38,695 bases of DNA from Candidatus Sumerlaeia bacterium (GCA_033764015.1 JANRJK010000044.1:1-38695); one strand, 5' to 3'; positions 15,363 through 25,959 are shown, counted from the first letter of the stretch. Notes: a model not told the origin generated them from the letters alone. Numbers and translations are program-made.

Positions 15363-18305
15363 ATGCCGATGGACGAGCCGCGCGTGGCGGCGAACGACGC
15401 CGACGACCAGCAGAGCGACCCGGGGCTGATCGCCGGGCGGGACGCTGGGGACCTGCTCGCGTGCCTGCGCGGGACTCCGCACGTTGCGGTGGAGTGCTTC
15501 GACCTGTCGGGGCGCGTCCAGTTCTGGAACCGGGGGGCGGAGCTGCTCTTCGGTTGGGGCGCGGACGAGGCGCGGGGCCGGCGCGTGGGGGAGCTGATCC
15601 TGACGCCGGAGGCAGGCGAGGAGTACGAGGCCGCGCTGGTACGCATCGCGAAGAGCGGCGAAGCAGTCGGTCCGGAGGAGTTCCGCTTCCACGCTAAGGA
15701 CGGGCGGGAGGGCGTCTGCCTGTCGACGACGATCCCGCTGTCGGGCGGCGCGGAGCCGCTCTTCATGTGCATCGATGTGGACCTGACGGAGCGCCGCGCG
15801 GCGGAAGGCCAGCGCGACGACGAACGCCGACTGCTGCTCCAGATGGCGAAGATGATGCCCGAGGTGGTGCACATCTATGACGTGAAGGAGCGCCGCGAGC
15901 TGTTCGCGAACCGCTCGCTGATGGAGCTGCTGGGCTACGCGGAAGAGGACTTCGCCGCCGGGGCGGCGGCGCTCCAGGCGAAGCTGCTCCACCCGGAGGA
16001 CGCGCCGAAGCGGGCCGGCGTCCGCGAGCGCCTCGAGCGCAGCTCGGAGGGCGAGGCGGTCGGCTACGAGTCGCGGATGCTGCACGCCAGCGGGCATTGG
16101 CGGAACTACCGGCAGCGCTCCGTGGTGCTCACGCGCGACGCGGACGGGGCGGCGCGCCGCGTGCTGTCGATGATGGAGGACGTGACGGAGCGCGAGCGGG
16201 CGATCGAGGAGTTGCGGGACACGGAGGCGCGCCTCGAAGGGCAGCGGCGCGTGCTCGAGATGATCGCCCGCGGCGATGCGCTTGGCGAGTGCCTGGATGA
16301 GTTGGCGCGGCTGGTCGAGAGCCGTTCGGAAGGCGCGCGCGCCTGCGTGTGCCTCGCGGAGTCGCCGACGGGGCGGCTCGCGTGCTTCGCGGCGCCGACG
16401 CTCGGCATGGAGTGGAAGGCGGCGTGGGCGCCGGAGGAAGCGGAAGCGGGGCCGTGCTGCGCGGGCGGCGATTGCGGTAGCCCAACCAACCTGCCGGACT
16501 TGCAGGCGGCCCCGATCAGTCCGGCGCGCAAGGCGCACTACGCAAGCTTCGGGATCGCCTCGGCGCGCACGGAGCCCGTTTGGAGCGCGGACGGCGAGCT
16601 GCTTGGCGCGGTCTCGCTGTTCCACTTGGATGGCACGTCCGATTCCGGCGGCGACGCGGCGCTGCTGCGATCCGCCGCGAGCATCGCCGCCATCGCGATC
16701 CAGCGCGACCGCCGCGAGTCTAAGCTGCGCGAGACGGAGGAGCGTATCCGCGCGCTGGGGGACCGGCTGCCGAACGGCGCGGTGTTCCAGGTGCAGATGG
16801 ACCGGAAGGAGCGCGCGCGGTTCACGTACTTCAGCGCCGGTATGCCGCGGCTGCTCGGGGTGCCCGCGGAGGAAATCTACGCGGATTACCTGGCGGCGTT
16901 TCGCCACGTGCTGCCGGAAGACCGGGCGCGGCTGGCGGATGCGACGCGCATGGCGGAGGCGCGGCTGCACCCGTCGGAAGCGATGTTCCGCGTGGCGCTC
17001 CCCGGGGGGGGCGTGCGGCACCTCTTCTCGCGCTCCGCGCCGAGGCCGTTCCCCGACGGGTCGCTGACGTGGGACGGCGTCCTGATCGACCGCACCGAGG
17101 AGGTGCGCGGCGAGGAGGAGCGCCAGGCGCTCGAGCTGCAGATGCAGCATGCGCAGAAGCTCGAAAGCCTCGGAGTCCTCGCGGGAGGCATCGCGCACGA
17201 CTTCAACAACCTGCTGGCGGCGGTGCTCGGGCATGCGGAGCTGGCGCAGGCGGCGCTGCCGAAGCAGCACCCAGCCTGCGCGGACCTCGAGAAGATCGGC
17301 CGCATCGTGGAGACCGCGTCGGAGCTTTGCGCGCAGATGCTGGCGTACGCCGGCAAGGGGGGCTCGAACCGCGCGCGCATCGAGCTGCCGAAGCTGATCG
17401 AGGACACGGCACGGTTGCTCGCGGTCTCCATCGGGAAGTCCGCGGAGCTATCGGTGGCGTTCGAGGCGGGCGTGCCCGCGGTGCTCGCGGAGCCCTCGCA
17501 ACTGCGGCAGGTCGTCATGAACCTCGTCATCAACGCGTCCGAGGCGATCGGGGGGGACGGCGGGCGGATCGAGCTGGCGGTGCGCGCCGTGGACGGGGCC
17601 GAGGTGCGCATCGCGGAGGGCTGGCTAGGCGCGGAGCCACCGCCGGGGACGCATGCGATGCTGGAGGTTTCCGACACCGGCGTCGGCATGGACGCGGAGA
17701 CGCGGGCGCGCGTGTTCGACCCGTTCTTCACGACGAAGTTCACCGGGCGCGGGCTGGGCCTGGCCGCGGTGCTCGGGATCGTGCGCAAGCACGGTGGGGC
17801 GATCCGCGTGGAGAGCGCACCCGGCCACGGTTCGCGGTTCCAGGTGGTGTTCCCGGCCGCTCCACCGCTGGAGCGCGCTCCTCACCCCGCGGTCGCCCTG
17901 CGGGCCACTCCCCCACCGGCGCCTTTCGCCGGGACCGTGCTGCTCGCCGAGGACGAGGAGGGCGTTCGCAAGACCGCCGTTCGCGTGCTGGAATCGCTCG
18001 GGTTCGAGGTCTCCGCCGCCGCGGACGGCATCGAGGCGGTGCACCGTTTCCACGAGGCGCCGGAACGTTTCGCTCTGGCCGTGCTCGACCTGACGATGCC
18101 GCTACTTAGCGGCCCGGAAGTCGCCGTGGAGTTGCGCGCGATCGTGCCGAAGCTGCCGATCCTCTTCACGAGCGGGTACGCCGACACCGGGCTGGCGCGG
18201 CTGGCGCCGTCCAACCGCGCGCTTTTCCTCCGCAAGCCGTACCACCGGCAGGAACTGGAGTCGGCTCTTTCGGAACTTCTACGCCAGGAGCCTTCGTCCC
18301 GGTGA
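15363..18305 (+). CDS. Hybrid sensor histidine kinase (PAS-PAS-GAF-PAS-HisKA-HATPase-REC)
   Basis: LAGGIAHDFNNLL H-box, NLVINA, DTGVGM, FDPFFTTKFTGRGLGL, and receiver LLAEDE...LDLTMP...SGY...KP; AGGAG before ATG 15363. Confidence 0.95.
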   Translation: MPMDEPRVAANDADDQQSDPGLIAGRDAGDLLACLRGTPHVAVECFDLSGRVQFWNRGAELLFGWGADEARGRRVGELILTPEAGEEYEAALVRIAKSGEAVGPEEFRFHAKDGREGVCLSTTIPLSGGAEPLFMCIDVDLTERRAAEGQRDDERRLLLQMAKMMPEVVHIYDVKERRELFANRSLMELLGYAEEDFAAGAAALQAKLLHPEDAPKRAGVRERLERSSEGEAVGYESRMLHASGHWRNYRQRSVVLTRDADGAARRVLSMMEDVTERERAIEELRDTEARLEGQRRVLEMIARGDALGECLDELARLVESRSEGARACVCLAESPTGRLACFAAPTLGMEWKAAWAPEEAEAGPCCAGGDCGSPTNLPDLQAAPISPARKAHYASFGIASARTEPVWSADGELLGAVSLFHLDGTSDSGGDAALLRSAASIAAIAIQRDRRESKLRETEERIRALGDRLPNGAVFQVQMDRKERARFTYFSAGMPRLLGVPAEEIYADYLAAFRHVLPEDRARLADATRMAEARLHPSEAMFRVALPGGGVRHLFSRSAPRPFPDGSLTWDGVLIDRTEEVRGEEERQALELQMQHAQKLESLGVLAGGIAHDFNNLLAAVLGHAELAQAALPKQHPACADLEKIGRIVETASELCAQMLAYAGKGGSNRARIELPKLIEDTARLLAVSIGKSAELSVAFEAGVPAVLAEPSQLRQVVMNLVINASEAIGGDGGRIELAVRAVDGAEVRIAEGWLGAEPPPGTHAMLEVSDTGVGMDAETRARVFDPFFTTKFTGRGLGLAAVLGIVRKHGGAIRVESAPGHGSRFQVVFPAAPPLERAPHPAVALRATPPPAPFAGTVLLAEDEEGVRKTAVRVLESLGFEVSAAADGIEAVHRFHEAPERFALAVLDLTMPLLSGPEVAVELRAIVPKLPILFTSGYADTGLARLAPSNRALFLRKPYHRQELESALSELLRQEPSSR

Positions 18306-20002
18306 ATTCCAACGCGGTCCTTGGGATCGCCTTCCTCGCGCTCGCGGTCGCGGCGGCGGGGCTGATGCTTTGGCTGTGGGGATTCCCGTACGACGAGGAG
18401 AGGGGCGAGACCACCGCCCCCAAGCCGCTGCTGCTCCTGCACCGCTGCCTCGGATACGGCTACACGGCGATCTACTTCGTGATGATGTCGCGGATGGTGC
18501 CCCGCCTGTGGGAGTACACGGACGAGCTGCCGGCGCGGAGCGCGCTCCACGCGCTGCTCGGCGTGCTCATCGGAGCCGTGCTGCTGGTGAAGGTTGCGAT
18601 CGTCCGGTTCTTCAAGCCGATGCACCGCTACCTTCCGTTCTTCGGTGTGGGGCTGTTGCTGCTCACAGCGGGGACGGTTGGGCTGCCGATGGCGACGGTG
18701 TGGCGCGAGCATGCGCTTCACCGGGAGGCGGCGGCGGTTTCGCCGGAGCCAGCGCGGCTCGCCGCGGGGCGGGCGGCGTTCTTCGCAGAGTGCGCGCGCT
18801 GCCACGACTCGCGGCGCGTGCTCACCACCGTCAAGGCGCGCGCCGAGTGGGCCGGCACCGTCGAGCGGATGTCCGGGCACTCGGTGCTGCTGCACGGTCG
18901 CGAGATCCCGGCGCCGTCGCGCGAGGCGGTGGTGTTCTACCTTGCCGCGATCCGCGGAGCGCCGGAGCCGGCGGCGGCTGCGATCCCCGGTCCGGAAGCC
19001 GCGGAACCGGCTCCTCCCCGGACCTCGCCGACGGAGCTGACGGAGCCTGCTTCCACGCCCCCGCCCGCAGCGGTTGCGACGGCCGACGCGGAGCGGCTCG
19101 GCGCCCGGGTGGCGGCGCTGCTCGCCGCGAGGTGCGCGAAGTGCCACGCCGGGGTGACCGCGGCGAAGGGCGTGCGCCTCGATTCGCTGCGCGAGGCGGC
19201 ACGCTCGCGCGCCGTCGTTCCCGGCGACCCGGACGGCAGCGAACTGGTCCGCCGCGTTCGGGGCGAGAGCCTGCCGCGGATGCCGCTGGACGGCCCGCCG
19301 CACCTTTCCGCGGCGGAGGTTTCGCTGCTAGAGGAGTGGGTGCGGGCGCTTGCGGCGCGTCCCGGGCCGGAAACCGTCCAGCACAGGACGGAGGGTGGCA
19401 CCACCGACGCCGGTGTTGACGGGCCCGCCGAATCCGGCCCGACCACCGCTCCGTCCCCCGAACCGACGCCGGCACCGCCGCCCCGCCCCGCCCCGGGGGA
19501 ACGGGTGCGCTGGGACCATGTGGAGCCCATCCTGATGGCGAATTGCGTGCGCTGCCATGCGCCTTCGGGAGTCATGGGTCCCGCGCCGGAGGGCCTTGCG
19601 CTCACCTCGTTGCAGGGCGCGCTGGCGGGCGGAGAGCGCCTCGCCGTCGTGCCCGGGATGCCGGAGGCGAGCGCGCTCTGGCGCCGCATCGCGGGCCTCG
19701 AGTCGCCGCGGATGCCGTTCGACGGGCCCCCTTGGCTGTCGAAGGAGGACACCGATCTGATCGCGCGCTGGATCCGGGATGGCGCGCGCGACGCCGCGGG
19801 GACGCCCGCGCCGGCGCCGGTGGGCGCGGAGGTGCGCCTCGAAGGCACGCTGGACCGCCGCTGGAGCGTGGACGGCGCGCCGTTCCGGGTGACCGGGTCG
19901 ACGGAGCTGCGCGACATCGCGACGGGCGGCCGGGTGCGCGTGCGCGCGGTGGTGGGACCGGACGGCGGGCTGGTGGCGGAGCGCGTGCGCGGGGAGGACT
20001 GA
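18302..20002 (+). CDS. Membrane-anchored tri-haem c-type cytochrome with two planctomycete-cytochrome-like domains and a small C-terminal beta domain
   Basis: About four N-terminal TM helices; CARCH, CAKCH and CVRCH; repeated VVPG-x-P-x2-S-x-L...PRMP...W pattern; GTGA overlap with the kinase stop. Confidence 0.85.
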   Translation: MNSNAVLGIAFLALAVAAAGLMLWLWGFPYDEERGETTAPKPLLLLHRCLGYGYTAIYFVMMSRMVPRLWEYTDELPARSALHALLGVLIGAVLLVKVAIVRFFKPMHRYLPFFGVGLLLLTAGTVGLPMATVWREHALHREAAAVSPEPARLAAGRAAFFAECARCHDSRRVLTTVKARAEWAGTVERMSGHSVLLHGREIPAPSREAVVFYLAAIRGAPEPAAAAIPGPEAAEPAPPRTSPTELTEPASTPPPAAVATADAERLGARVAALLAARCAKCHAGVTAAKGVRLDSLREAARSRAVVPGDPDGSELVRRVRGESLPRMPLDGPPHLSAAEVSLLEEWVRALAARPGPETVQHRTEGGTTDAGVDGPAESGPTTAPSPEPTPAPPPRPAPGERVRWDHVEPILMANCVRCHAPSGVMGPAPEGLALTSLQGALAGGERLAVVPGMPEASALWRRIAGLESPRMPFDGPPWLSKEDTDLIARWIRDGARDAAGTPAPAPVGAEVRLEGTLDRRWSVDGAPFRVTGSTELRDIATGGRVRVRAVVGPDGGLVAERVRGED

Positions 20003-20062
20003 GGCGCGGGCGGCGGCGCAAAGCCCTTTACCTTGTTCCGCCGCGCGCGCCTGTTGGCCCCC

Positions 20063-21940
20063 ATGTGCGGAATCGCCGGTTACGCCTTCGCCTTCGACGC
20101 CACGGGCCGCCCCGGCGGGCGGGTGGAGGAGGACGTCCTGTCGCGCATGGCGGAGTCGCTCCGCCACCGGGGGCCCGATGGCGAAGGTGTATTCGCCGGC
20201 GACGGCGCGGGCCTCGCGTTCCGGCGCCTCGCGATCGTCGACCGCGAAGGCGGCGTCCAGCCGATGGCGAGCGCGGACGGCTCGCTCCGCCTGGTGTTCA
20301 ACGGCGAGATCTACAACCACCGCTCGCTGCGGCGCGAACTCGAGGCGGCGGGGCGGCGCTTCCGGACCAGCCACTCCGACGCGGAGGCGCTGCTGGTCGG
20401 CTACGCGGAGTGGGGCCTCGAGGGCGTCCTCGAACGACTCGACGGGATGTTCGCGTTCGCGGTGCTCGACGCGCGCGCCCGGACGATCGCCATCGCCCGC
20501 GACCGCTTCGGGGAAAAGCCGCTCGTCTACGCGCACACGCCCGCGGCGTTCGCGTTCGCCTCGGAGCCGAAGGCGCTCCGTCCGCTCGATTTCTGGAGCC
20601 GCCGCATCGACCGCGACGCGCTGGCGGACTACCTCGCGCTGCAATACGTCCCCGATCCGCTCACGATCCACGAGGGTCTGCGCAAGCTCCCCCCCGCGCA
20701 CCGCGGGGTGTGGTCGCAGACGGACGGCGCGCTCCGCCTCGCGCGGTACTGGAGCCCGCCGCCGCCGGGCACGCGCCGCCTCGAGCCACGCGCCGCCGCC
20801 GAGGAGCTGCGCGCGCGGCTCGGGCGCGCGGTGGAATCGCGCCTGGAATCGGAGGTGCCGCTGGGCGTGTTCCTTTCCGGCGGCATCGACTCGTCGGCGG
20901 TGGCCGCGTTCGCGCCGGAGGCGCCCGCCTTCACGATCCGCTTTCCGCAGGCTGGTTTCGACGAATCGGCGGAGGCGGCGCGCCTCGCGTCGGCGCTCGG
21001 GCGCGAGCACCGGACCGTGGACTTCCCGCCATCGCCGGTCGAGCTGCTCCCCGCGATGGCGTGGCACATGGACGAACCCTTCGCGGATCCGGCGGTGCTG
21101 CCGCTGCTCGCGCTCAGCCGCGCCGCGCGCCGCTCGATCACCGTGGCGCTCGGCGGCGACGGCGCGGACGAGTTGTTCGGCGGCTACGCGCGGCACCGCG
21201 ACTTCGCGCCGGCGCCGCGTTGGGCGCGGCTGCCGCGCGCCCTGCGCCTCGCCGCGGGGCCGCTGCTGCGACTGCTGGCGCCTGTGTGGCCGCTCGCGGA
21301 GCTGGGCGCCGAAGCGAACCGGATCTCGCTGCTTCCGCTCGCCGGGCGCCGCATCGAGGGACAGTGCTGGACCTCGCCGGGCGACTCCGCCGCGCTGCTG
21401 GCGGAGCGGAACCCGCGCGACACGCGCGCGGCGGTGCTCGGCGCGCGCATCGAGGGCTCGGGGTTCGAGGCGCACCGCCGGCTCGATTTCGCCGCGTATC
21501 TGCCCGGGGCGCTGCTCGCCAAGGCGGACCGCGCCTCGATGGCGGCGGGGCTCGAGCTGCGCTCGCCGTTCCTGGACCACACGCTCGTGGAGTTCGCGGA
21601 ATCCTTGACTCTCTCAACGAAATTCGGGGACCCGTTCCGGCCGAAGCGCCTGCTGCGCGACGCGCTGCGGGGCGTCCTGCCGGCGGCGGTGCTCCGGCGG
21701 CGCAAGCGCGGCTTCGAGGTCCCCGTGGCGGCATGGCTGCGCGGGCCGCTGCGCGCGATGGCGGGGGACCTATTGCTGGACCGCACGGCGCGCAAGCGCG
21801 GCCTGTTCAACGCCCGCGAGGTCGAGCGCCTGCTGCGCCAGCACACCTCCGGCGCGGCGGACCGGCGGCGCCCGCTCTGGCTGCTGCTCCAGTTCGAGCT
21901 CTGGGCGCGGTACGGCGCGAATCCGCCGGAGGCGCGGTGA
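20063..21940 (+). CDS. asnB: Asparagine synthase (glutamine-hydrolysing) family amidotransferase
   Basis: MCGIAG N-terminal Cys, HRGPD, FNGEIYN, LSGGIDSS, GDGADELFGGY and RSPFLD. Confidence 0.95.
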   Translation: MCGIAGYAFAFDATGRPGGRVEEDVLSRMAESLRHRGPDGEGVFAGDGAGLAFRRLAIVDREGGVQPMASADGSLRLVFNGEIYNHRSLRRELEAAGRRFRTSHSDAEALLVGYAEWGLEGVLERLDGMFAFAVLDARARTIAIARDRFGEKPLVYAHTPAAFAFASEPKALRPLDFWSRRIDRDALADYLALQYVPDPLTIHEGLRKLPPAHRGVWSQTDGALRLARYWSPPPPGTRRLEPRAAAEELRARLGRAVESRLESEVPLGVFLSGGIDSSAVAAFAPEAPAFTIRFPQAGFDESAEAARLASALGREHRTVDFPPSPVELLPAMAWHMDEPFADPAVLPLLALSRAARRSITVALGGDGADELFGGYARHRDFAPAPRWARLPRALRLAAGPLLRLLAPVWPLAELGAEANRISLLPLAGRRIEGQCWTSPGDSAALLAERNPRDTRAAVLGARIEGSGFEAHRRLDFAAYLPGALLAKADRASMAAGLELRSPFLDHTLVEFAESLTLSTKFGDPFRPKRLLRDALRGVLPAAVLRRRKRGFEVPVAAWLRGPLRAMAGDLLLDRTARKRGLFNAREVERLLRQHTSGAADRRRPLWLLLQFELWARYGANPPEAR

Positions 21941-24165
21941 ACTCCTCGCGCCGGATCCGCCGGCTCGACGCGCCCCGCGCCACGCAGCGCGCCGGGGCGG
22001 ACGCACGCCCCAGGCCGGCGGTGCTGCTCGCCGTGGCGGCGGCGTTCGCGCTGCTCGCCGCGGCGCTCCCGTGGCGGCCATCGACGGGGCCGGAGGCGGA
22101 GTCCTACGACCTGCGCCTGCGGCTGCGGCACCGGTTCTTCCCGCAGCCGATCTCGCCGGAGGTGCTCGTCATCGGCGTCAGCCAGCGCGACTCCGAGGTC
22201 TTCGGCGCCGACCTCGCGTCGCGCCAGGCGTTCCAGGATCTGCTGCTGCGGTCCGCCGAATGGGGGGTCTCCTCGGTCGCCTTCGACTACTTCTTCGAGG
22301 AGGAACGCGCGCTCGACGGGTTCTTCGCGCTCGCGGTGGAGGGGGCGCCGACCGTGCTCGGCTACAAGTTCCAGAGCGGCTCGGGCTTCCTGCGCCCCGA
22401 GGGCGACCCGCCGGAGGACTTCGCGCCCTTCCTGGATCGCATCGCGGACGAGTCCGATCCGGACGCGCTCCGCGAGCTGCGCCGCGCGACACTGGAACCC
22501 TACCGCGAAAGCCTGGACGCGCTGCTCCGTTCTCGGCGCGCGGCGGACGGGCGCGCGCTTTCGCCGGAGGAGCTGCGCGAGACGGCGCTGCGGGCGCTGT
22601 GGACCGACACCGCGCGGCGCATGACGCTGGCGCGGTGGTTCGAGCTGACGCAGGGGCGCCCGGCGCCCGCCGGCGCCACGCCCTACGAAGCGCGTTCGCT
22701 GACGCTACTGAGCCCCGCGCCGATGGGAGCCGCGCGAGCGCTCGGCTTCGCCAACATCGAGAAGGGCCGCGAGCGCATCGTGCGACGCGCGCCGCTGGTA
22801 TACGCGCTCGATGGGCGCCTCTATCCGAGCCTCGCGCTGGCGGCGGTGCTCGAGCACCACGGCGTGCGCTTCGCCGACGTCGGCATCGAGTGGGGCCGGG
22901 CGCTCCGCTACCGCCCCGCGCGGAACGGCTCCGGCGAGGTCCGCATCCCGATGGATGCGCGCGGCGACTATCTGGTGAACTTCCGCGCGGGCGAGGAGTT
23001 CCTCGCCTCGCAGCCCACGCTCGAGCTGGTCGCGCATCCGCTCCGCGACGCGGACCGCGCCGCCGCCCGCGTGCCGGAGCGCTTCCGCGGCGCCGTGGTG
23101 CTTGTCGGCGAGGTGATCACCGGCGGGACGGCGACCGACACGCAGCCGATCCCGCTGCAGGCGAAGTACCCCATGGTGGGGCTGCACGCGAACATCGTGG
23201 ACAATATCCTGCGCGGCGACTTCCTGCGCGAGGCGCCGCGCTGGGCGTCGCCGCTGGCGTCGCTGGCGCTGCTGCTGGCGAGCGCGTGGCTCATGCTGCG
23301 GCTGCCGACCCGGCGCGCGGCGGTGGCGGCGGCGGGGCTGCTCGCCGCGTACCAGCTCGCCGCCCTCGGCCTGTTCTTCTCGTCGAACATGGTGCTGCCG
23401 ATGGTGGTGCCCGGCGTCCTTGGCCTCGCGGGCGCCGCGGCGATGGGGCTGTACGCGATCGGCGTCACGGAGCGCGACCGCCGGCTGGTGCGCGAGATCT
23501 TCGGCAAGACCGTCTCGCCGCGGATCGGCGAGGAGATCCTGCGCAACTACGCGGACGAGGGGCTCTGGGGCGCGGAGCGGGAGGTCACCGTGCTCTTCGT
23601 CGACATCCGCGGCTACACGTCGCTTTCCGAGGCGGTCGAGCCGGAGGTGCTGCTCTCGCTGCTGGACCGCTTCTACGACGTGGTGTCGGAGGCTGTGTTC
23701 CGGCACGACGGCCAGGTGAACAAGTTCATCGGCGACGCGGCGATGGCGCTGTTCGGGGCGCTGCCGGACGAGCCGCCGGACCACGCGGCGCGGGCGCTGC
23801 GGAGCGCGGCGGAGATCCAGCGGCGGATGTCGGCGCTGGCGGCCTCCGAGGAGTTCGCGCGCCTCGGCTTGCGCTTGCGCACCGGCGCGGGGATCAATTC
23901 CGGACCGGTCACGGTGGGCATTGTCGGGCGGCGCGAAACGCGCATCGAGTACACCGCGATCGGGGACAACGTGAACGTGGCGGCGCGCCTGCAGGGGCTC
24001 GCCGACGAAAACGAGATCGCCGCCGGCGGCGACACCGTCGAGGCCGCCGGCGGAACGCGGTCCAACCTGTTCGAGGAGCTTCGCGCCGATGTGGAAGACG
24101 CCGGGGAAATCGCCGTCAAGGGACGCCGCAAGGCGGTGCGCGTCCACCGTCTCCGCCTGCGCTAG
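21937..24165 (+). CDS. CHASE2-domain class III adenylate cyclase (742 aa)
   Basis: GTG overlaps the asnB stop; CHASE2-like region, three TM helices, then LFVDIRGYT, KFIGDA, YTAIGDNVNVAARL and VKGR. Confidence 0.9.
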   Translation: MNSSRRIRRLDAPRATQRAGADARPRPAVLLAVAAAFALLAAALPWRPSTGPEAESYDLRLRLRHRFFPQPISPEVLVIGVSQRDSEVFGADLASRQAFQDLLLRSAEWGVSSVAFDYFFEEERALDGFFALAVEGAPTVLGYKFQSGSGFLRPEGDPPEDFAPFLDRIADESDPDALRELRRATLEPYRESLDALLRSRRAADGRALSPEELRETALRALWTDTARRMTLARWFELTQGRPAPAGATPYEARSLTLLSPAPMGAARALGFANIEKGRERIVRRAPLVYALDGRLYPSLALAAVLEHHGVRFADVGIEWGRALRYRPARNGSGEVRIPMDARGDYLVNFRAGEEFLASQPTLELVAHPLRDADRAAARVPERFRGAVVLVGEVITGGTATDTQPIPLQAKYPMVGLHANIVDNILRGDFLREAPRWASPLASLALLLASAWLMLRLPTRRAAVAAAGLLAAYQLAALGLFFSSNMVLPMVVPGVLGLAGAAAMGLYAIGVTERDRRLVREIFGKTVSPRIGEEILRNYADEGLWGAEREVTVLFVDIRGYTSLSEAVEPEVLLSLLDRFYDVVSEAVFRHDGQVNKFIGDAAMALFGALPDEPPDHAARALRSAAEIQRRMSALAASEEFARLGLRLRTGAGINSGPVTVGIVGRRETRIEYTAIGDNVNVAARLQGLADENEIAAGGDTVEAAGGTRSNLFEELRADVEDAGEIAVKGRRKAVRVHRLRLR

Positions 24166-24880
24166 CGCGCTGCTGCTGGCGGCCGCGGCGGGATGCGTGA
24201 ACCGCACGCCGGTCACCTTCCGTTCGCACAACGCCTACGCCGCCACGTACTCGGAGCCGGGGTGGGCCGCGCTCGTCATGCCGAACGACCTCCAGGCGGA
24301 ACACGTCCGCGTGGAGCGCAAGGACACGTTCGGCAAGGACGTGTACATGATCTTCTGGGGACAGGCGCTGGAGACGCAGCTCCGCGCCCGCTTCCGTAAC
24401 AACTACGAGGAGGGCACCCGGTTCCTCGCGCCCGAGGACGCGGAGGACCTCTCCGGTCTGATCGCCGCGACCCGGGAAGCCTCGCGGCGCACGCCCGCCG
24501 ACGGCGAGCGCTGGCGCGAGGCCGCCACGGAGACGATCGCCGCGGCCCGGATGAAGGCGGGAGCCCCGGAGGACGACCGGCGCTACAACGACCTAGCCGA
24601 GTACCTCGCCGACCCGCCGACGCACTTCGTCGAAGTCCGCGACCCCTCCGCCGAGATCGACGCGGAGCGCATGACGTTCCGCTTCCAGGGCGTGGTACGC
24701 GACGGCCACACGGGGCGCGAGCTGCTGCGCAAGAGCTTCAACGCCGCGAGCGAAACGCTCAGCCCGGGCCTGAACACGAAGGCGACCGTGCGCGACATGC
24801 AGAGCACCGCGCTCCAGCCGGTGACCGGCGCGCTCTACCTGTTCGCCCAGGACATCGAGGAGGCGCGTTCCACCTGGTGA
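24089..24880 (+). CDS. Putative lipoprotein of unknown function
   Basis: ALLLAAAAGC lipobox-like sequence and good codon bias; start uncertain because it overlaps the cyclase 3' end. Confidence 0.7.
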   Translation: MWKTPGKSPSRDAARRCASTVSACASALLLAAAAGCVNRTPVTFRSHNAYAATYSEPGWAALVMPNDLQAEHVRVERKDTFGKDVYMIFWGQALETQLRARFRNNYEEGTRFLAPEDAEDLSGLIAATREASRRTPADGERWREAATETIAAARMKAGAPEDDRRYNDLAEYLADPPTHFVEVRDPSAEIDAERMTFRFQGVVRDGHTGRELLRKSFNAASETLSPGLNTKATVRDMQSTALQPVTGALYLFAQDIEEARSTW

Positions 24881-25959
24881 CCGGCGAGCCGCACCCGCCC
24901 CTCGACGCGGAGGACGACGAAGTCCTCCACACCGCGCTGAACGACGCCGTTCCGCGCGAAGGGACCGAGGAGATCGCCGTGCCCGCGGAGGCCGCCGGGA
25001 TGCGGCTCGACACGTGGCTCTCCCGGCTGCCCGGCCTGCCGTCGCGCTCCCGGATGCAGCAGCTCGTGAAGGACGGCCTGGTGCTGCTCGACGGCGCGCC
25101 GGCGCCGAAGTCAGCCACGCTCGCGGGCGGCGAGACGGTGCGCATCGACTGGCCGCCGATGCACGAGCCGTGGCCCCGCGCGGAGGCGATCCCGCTCGAT
25201 GTGCTGCACGAGGACGCGGACCTGCTGGTGATCAACAAGCAGGCGGGCCTCATCACGCACCCGGCGCCGGGGAACCCGGACGGCACGCTGGTGAACGCGC
25301 TGCTGCACCACTGCCCGGACCTGCCGGGCATCTACGGCGTGCGGCGGCCCGGAATCGTGCACCGGCTGGACCGCGACACGACGGGCCTGATCGTGGTGGC
25401 GAAGACGGAGGGCGCGATGCGGTCGCTCGCGGCGCAGATGGCCGCCCGCACCGCGAAGCGCACCTACCGGGCGCTGATCATCGGCGATCCGCCGTGGGAC
25501 GAGATCCGCGTGGAGGCCGCCATCGGGCGCGACGCCGCGAACCGGCTGCGCCGCGCGATCGACGGCGCCTTCGCCAAGCACGCGGTCAGCCACTTCCGAG
25601 TCGAACGCCGCGCGGGCCACCACTCGCTGATGGAGGCGCGCCTCGAGACCGGGCGCACGCACCAGATCCGCATCCACGTCTCGCACATCGGGCACCCGAT
25701 CACGGGCGACGAGCTCTACGGCGGCACGCTGGCGCGCTCGCTGGAGCGCCTGCGCCACGCGTCCTCGGCGCTGCGCGCCGCGTTCCAGCGCTACGAGCGC
25801 CCGTTCCTCCATGCGCGCGCGCTCGAGTTCGCCCACCCCGCGACGGGGAGGCGGATGCGGTTCGAGGCACCGCTGCCGCGGGATTCGGCGGAGCTGCTGC
25901 TCGCGGTTTGGCCCGACGCGGCCGACATGCTGGGCGAACGGAGGATCGAGGAGCGGTGA
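24877..25959 (+). CDS. rluD: RluA-family 23S rRNA pseudouridine synthase with S4 domain
   Basis: GMRLD S4 start, INKQAGL, RPGIVHRLDRDTTG, LETGRTHQIR and GDELYG. Confidence 0.9.
   Translation: MTGEPHPPLDAEDDEVLHTALNDAVPREGTEEIAVPAEAAGMRLDTWLSRLPGLPSRSRMQQLVKDGLVLLDGAPAPKSATLAGGETVRIDWPPMHEPWPRAEAIPLDVLHEDADLLVINKQAGLITHPAPGNPDGTLVNALLHHCPDLPGIYGVRRPGIVHRLDRDTTGLIVVAKTEGAMRSLAAQMAARTAKRTYRALIIGDPPWDEIRVEAAIGRDAANRLRRAIDGAFAKHAVSHFRVERRAGHHSLMEARLETGRTHQIRIHVSHIGHPITGDELYGGTLARSLERLRHASSALRAAFQRYERPFLHARALEFAHPATGRRMRFEAPLPRDSAELLLAVWPDAADMLGERRIEER

Noticed and set aside
19543..21936. Apparent 1540-aa giant cyclase
   Set aside because: The first 798 codons overlap the cytochrome and asnB genes out of frame; the real start is GTG 21937.
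20063..21940. asnB as a lasso-peptide cyclase
   Set aside because: It has an intact N-terminal glutaminase (MCGIAG), and no precursor, B protein or PqqD-like gene is nearby.
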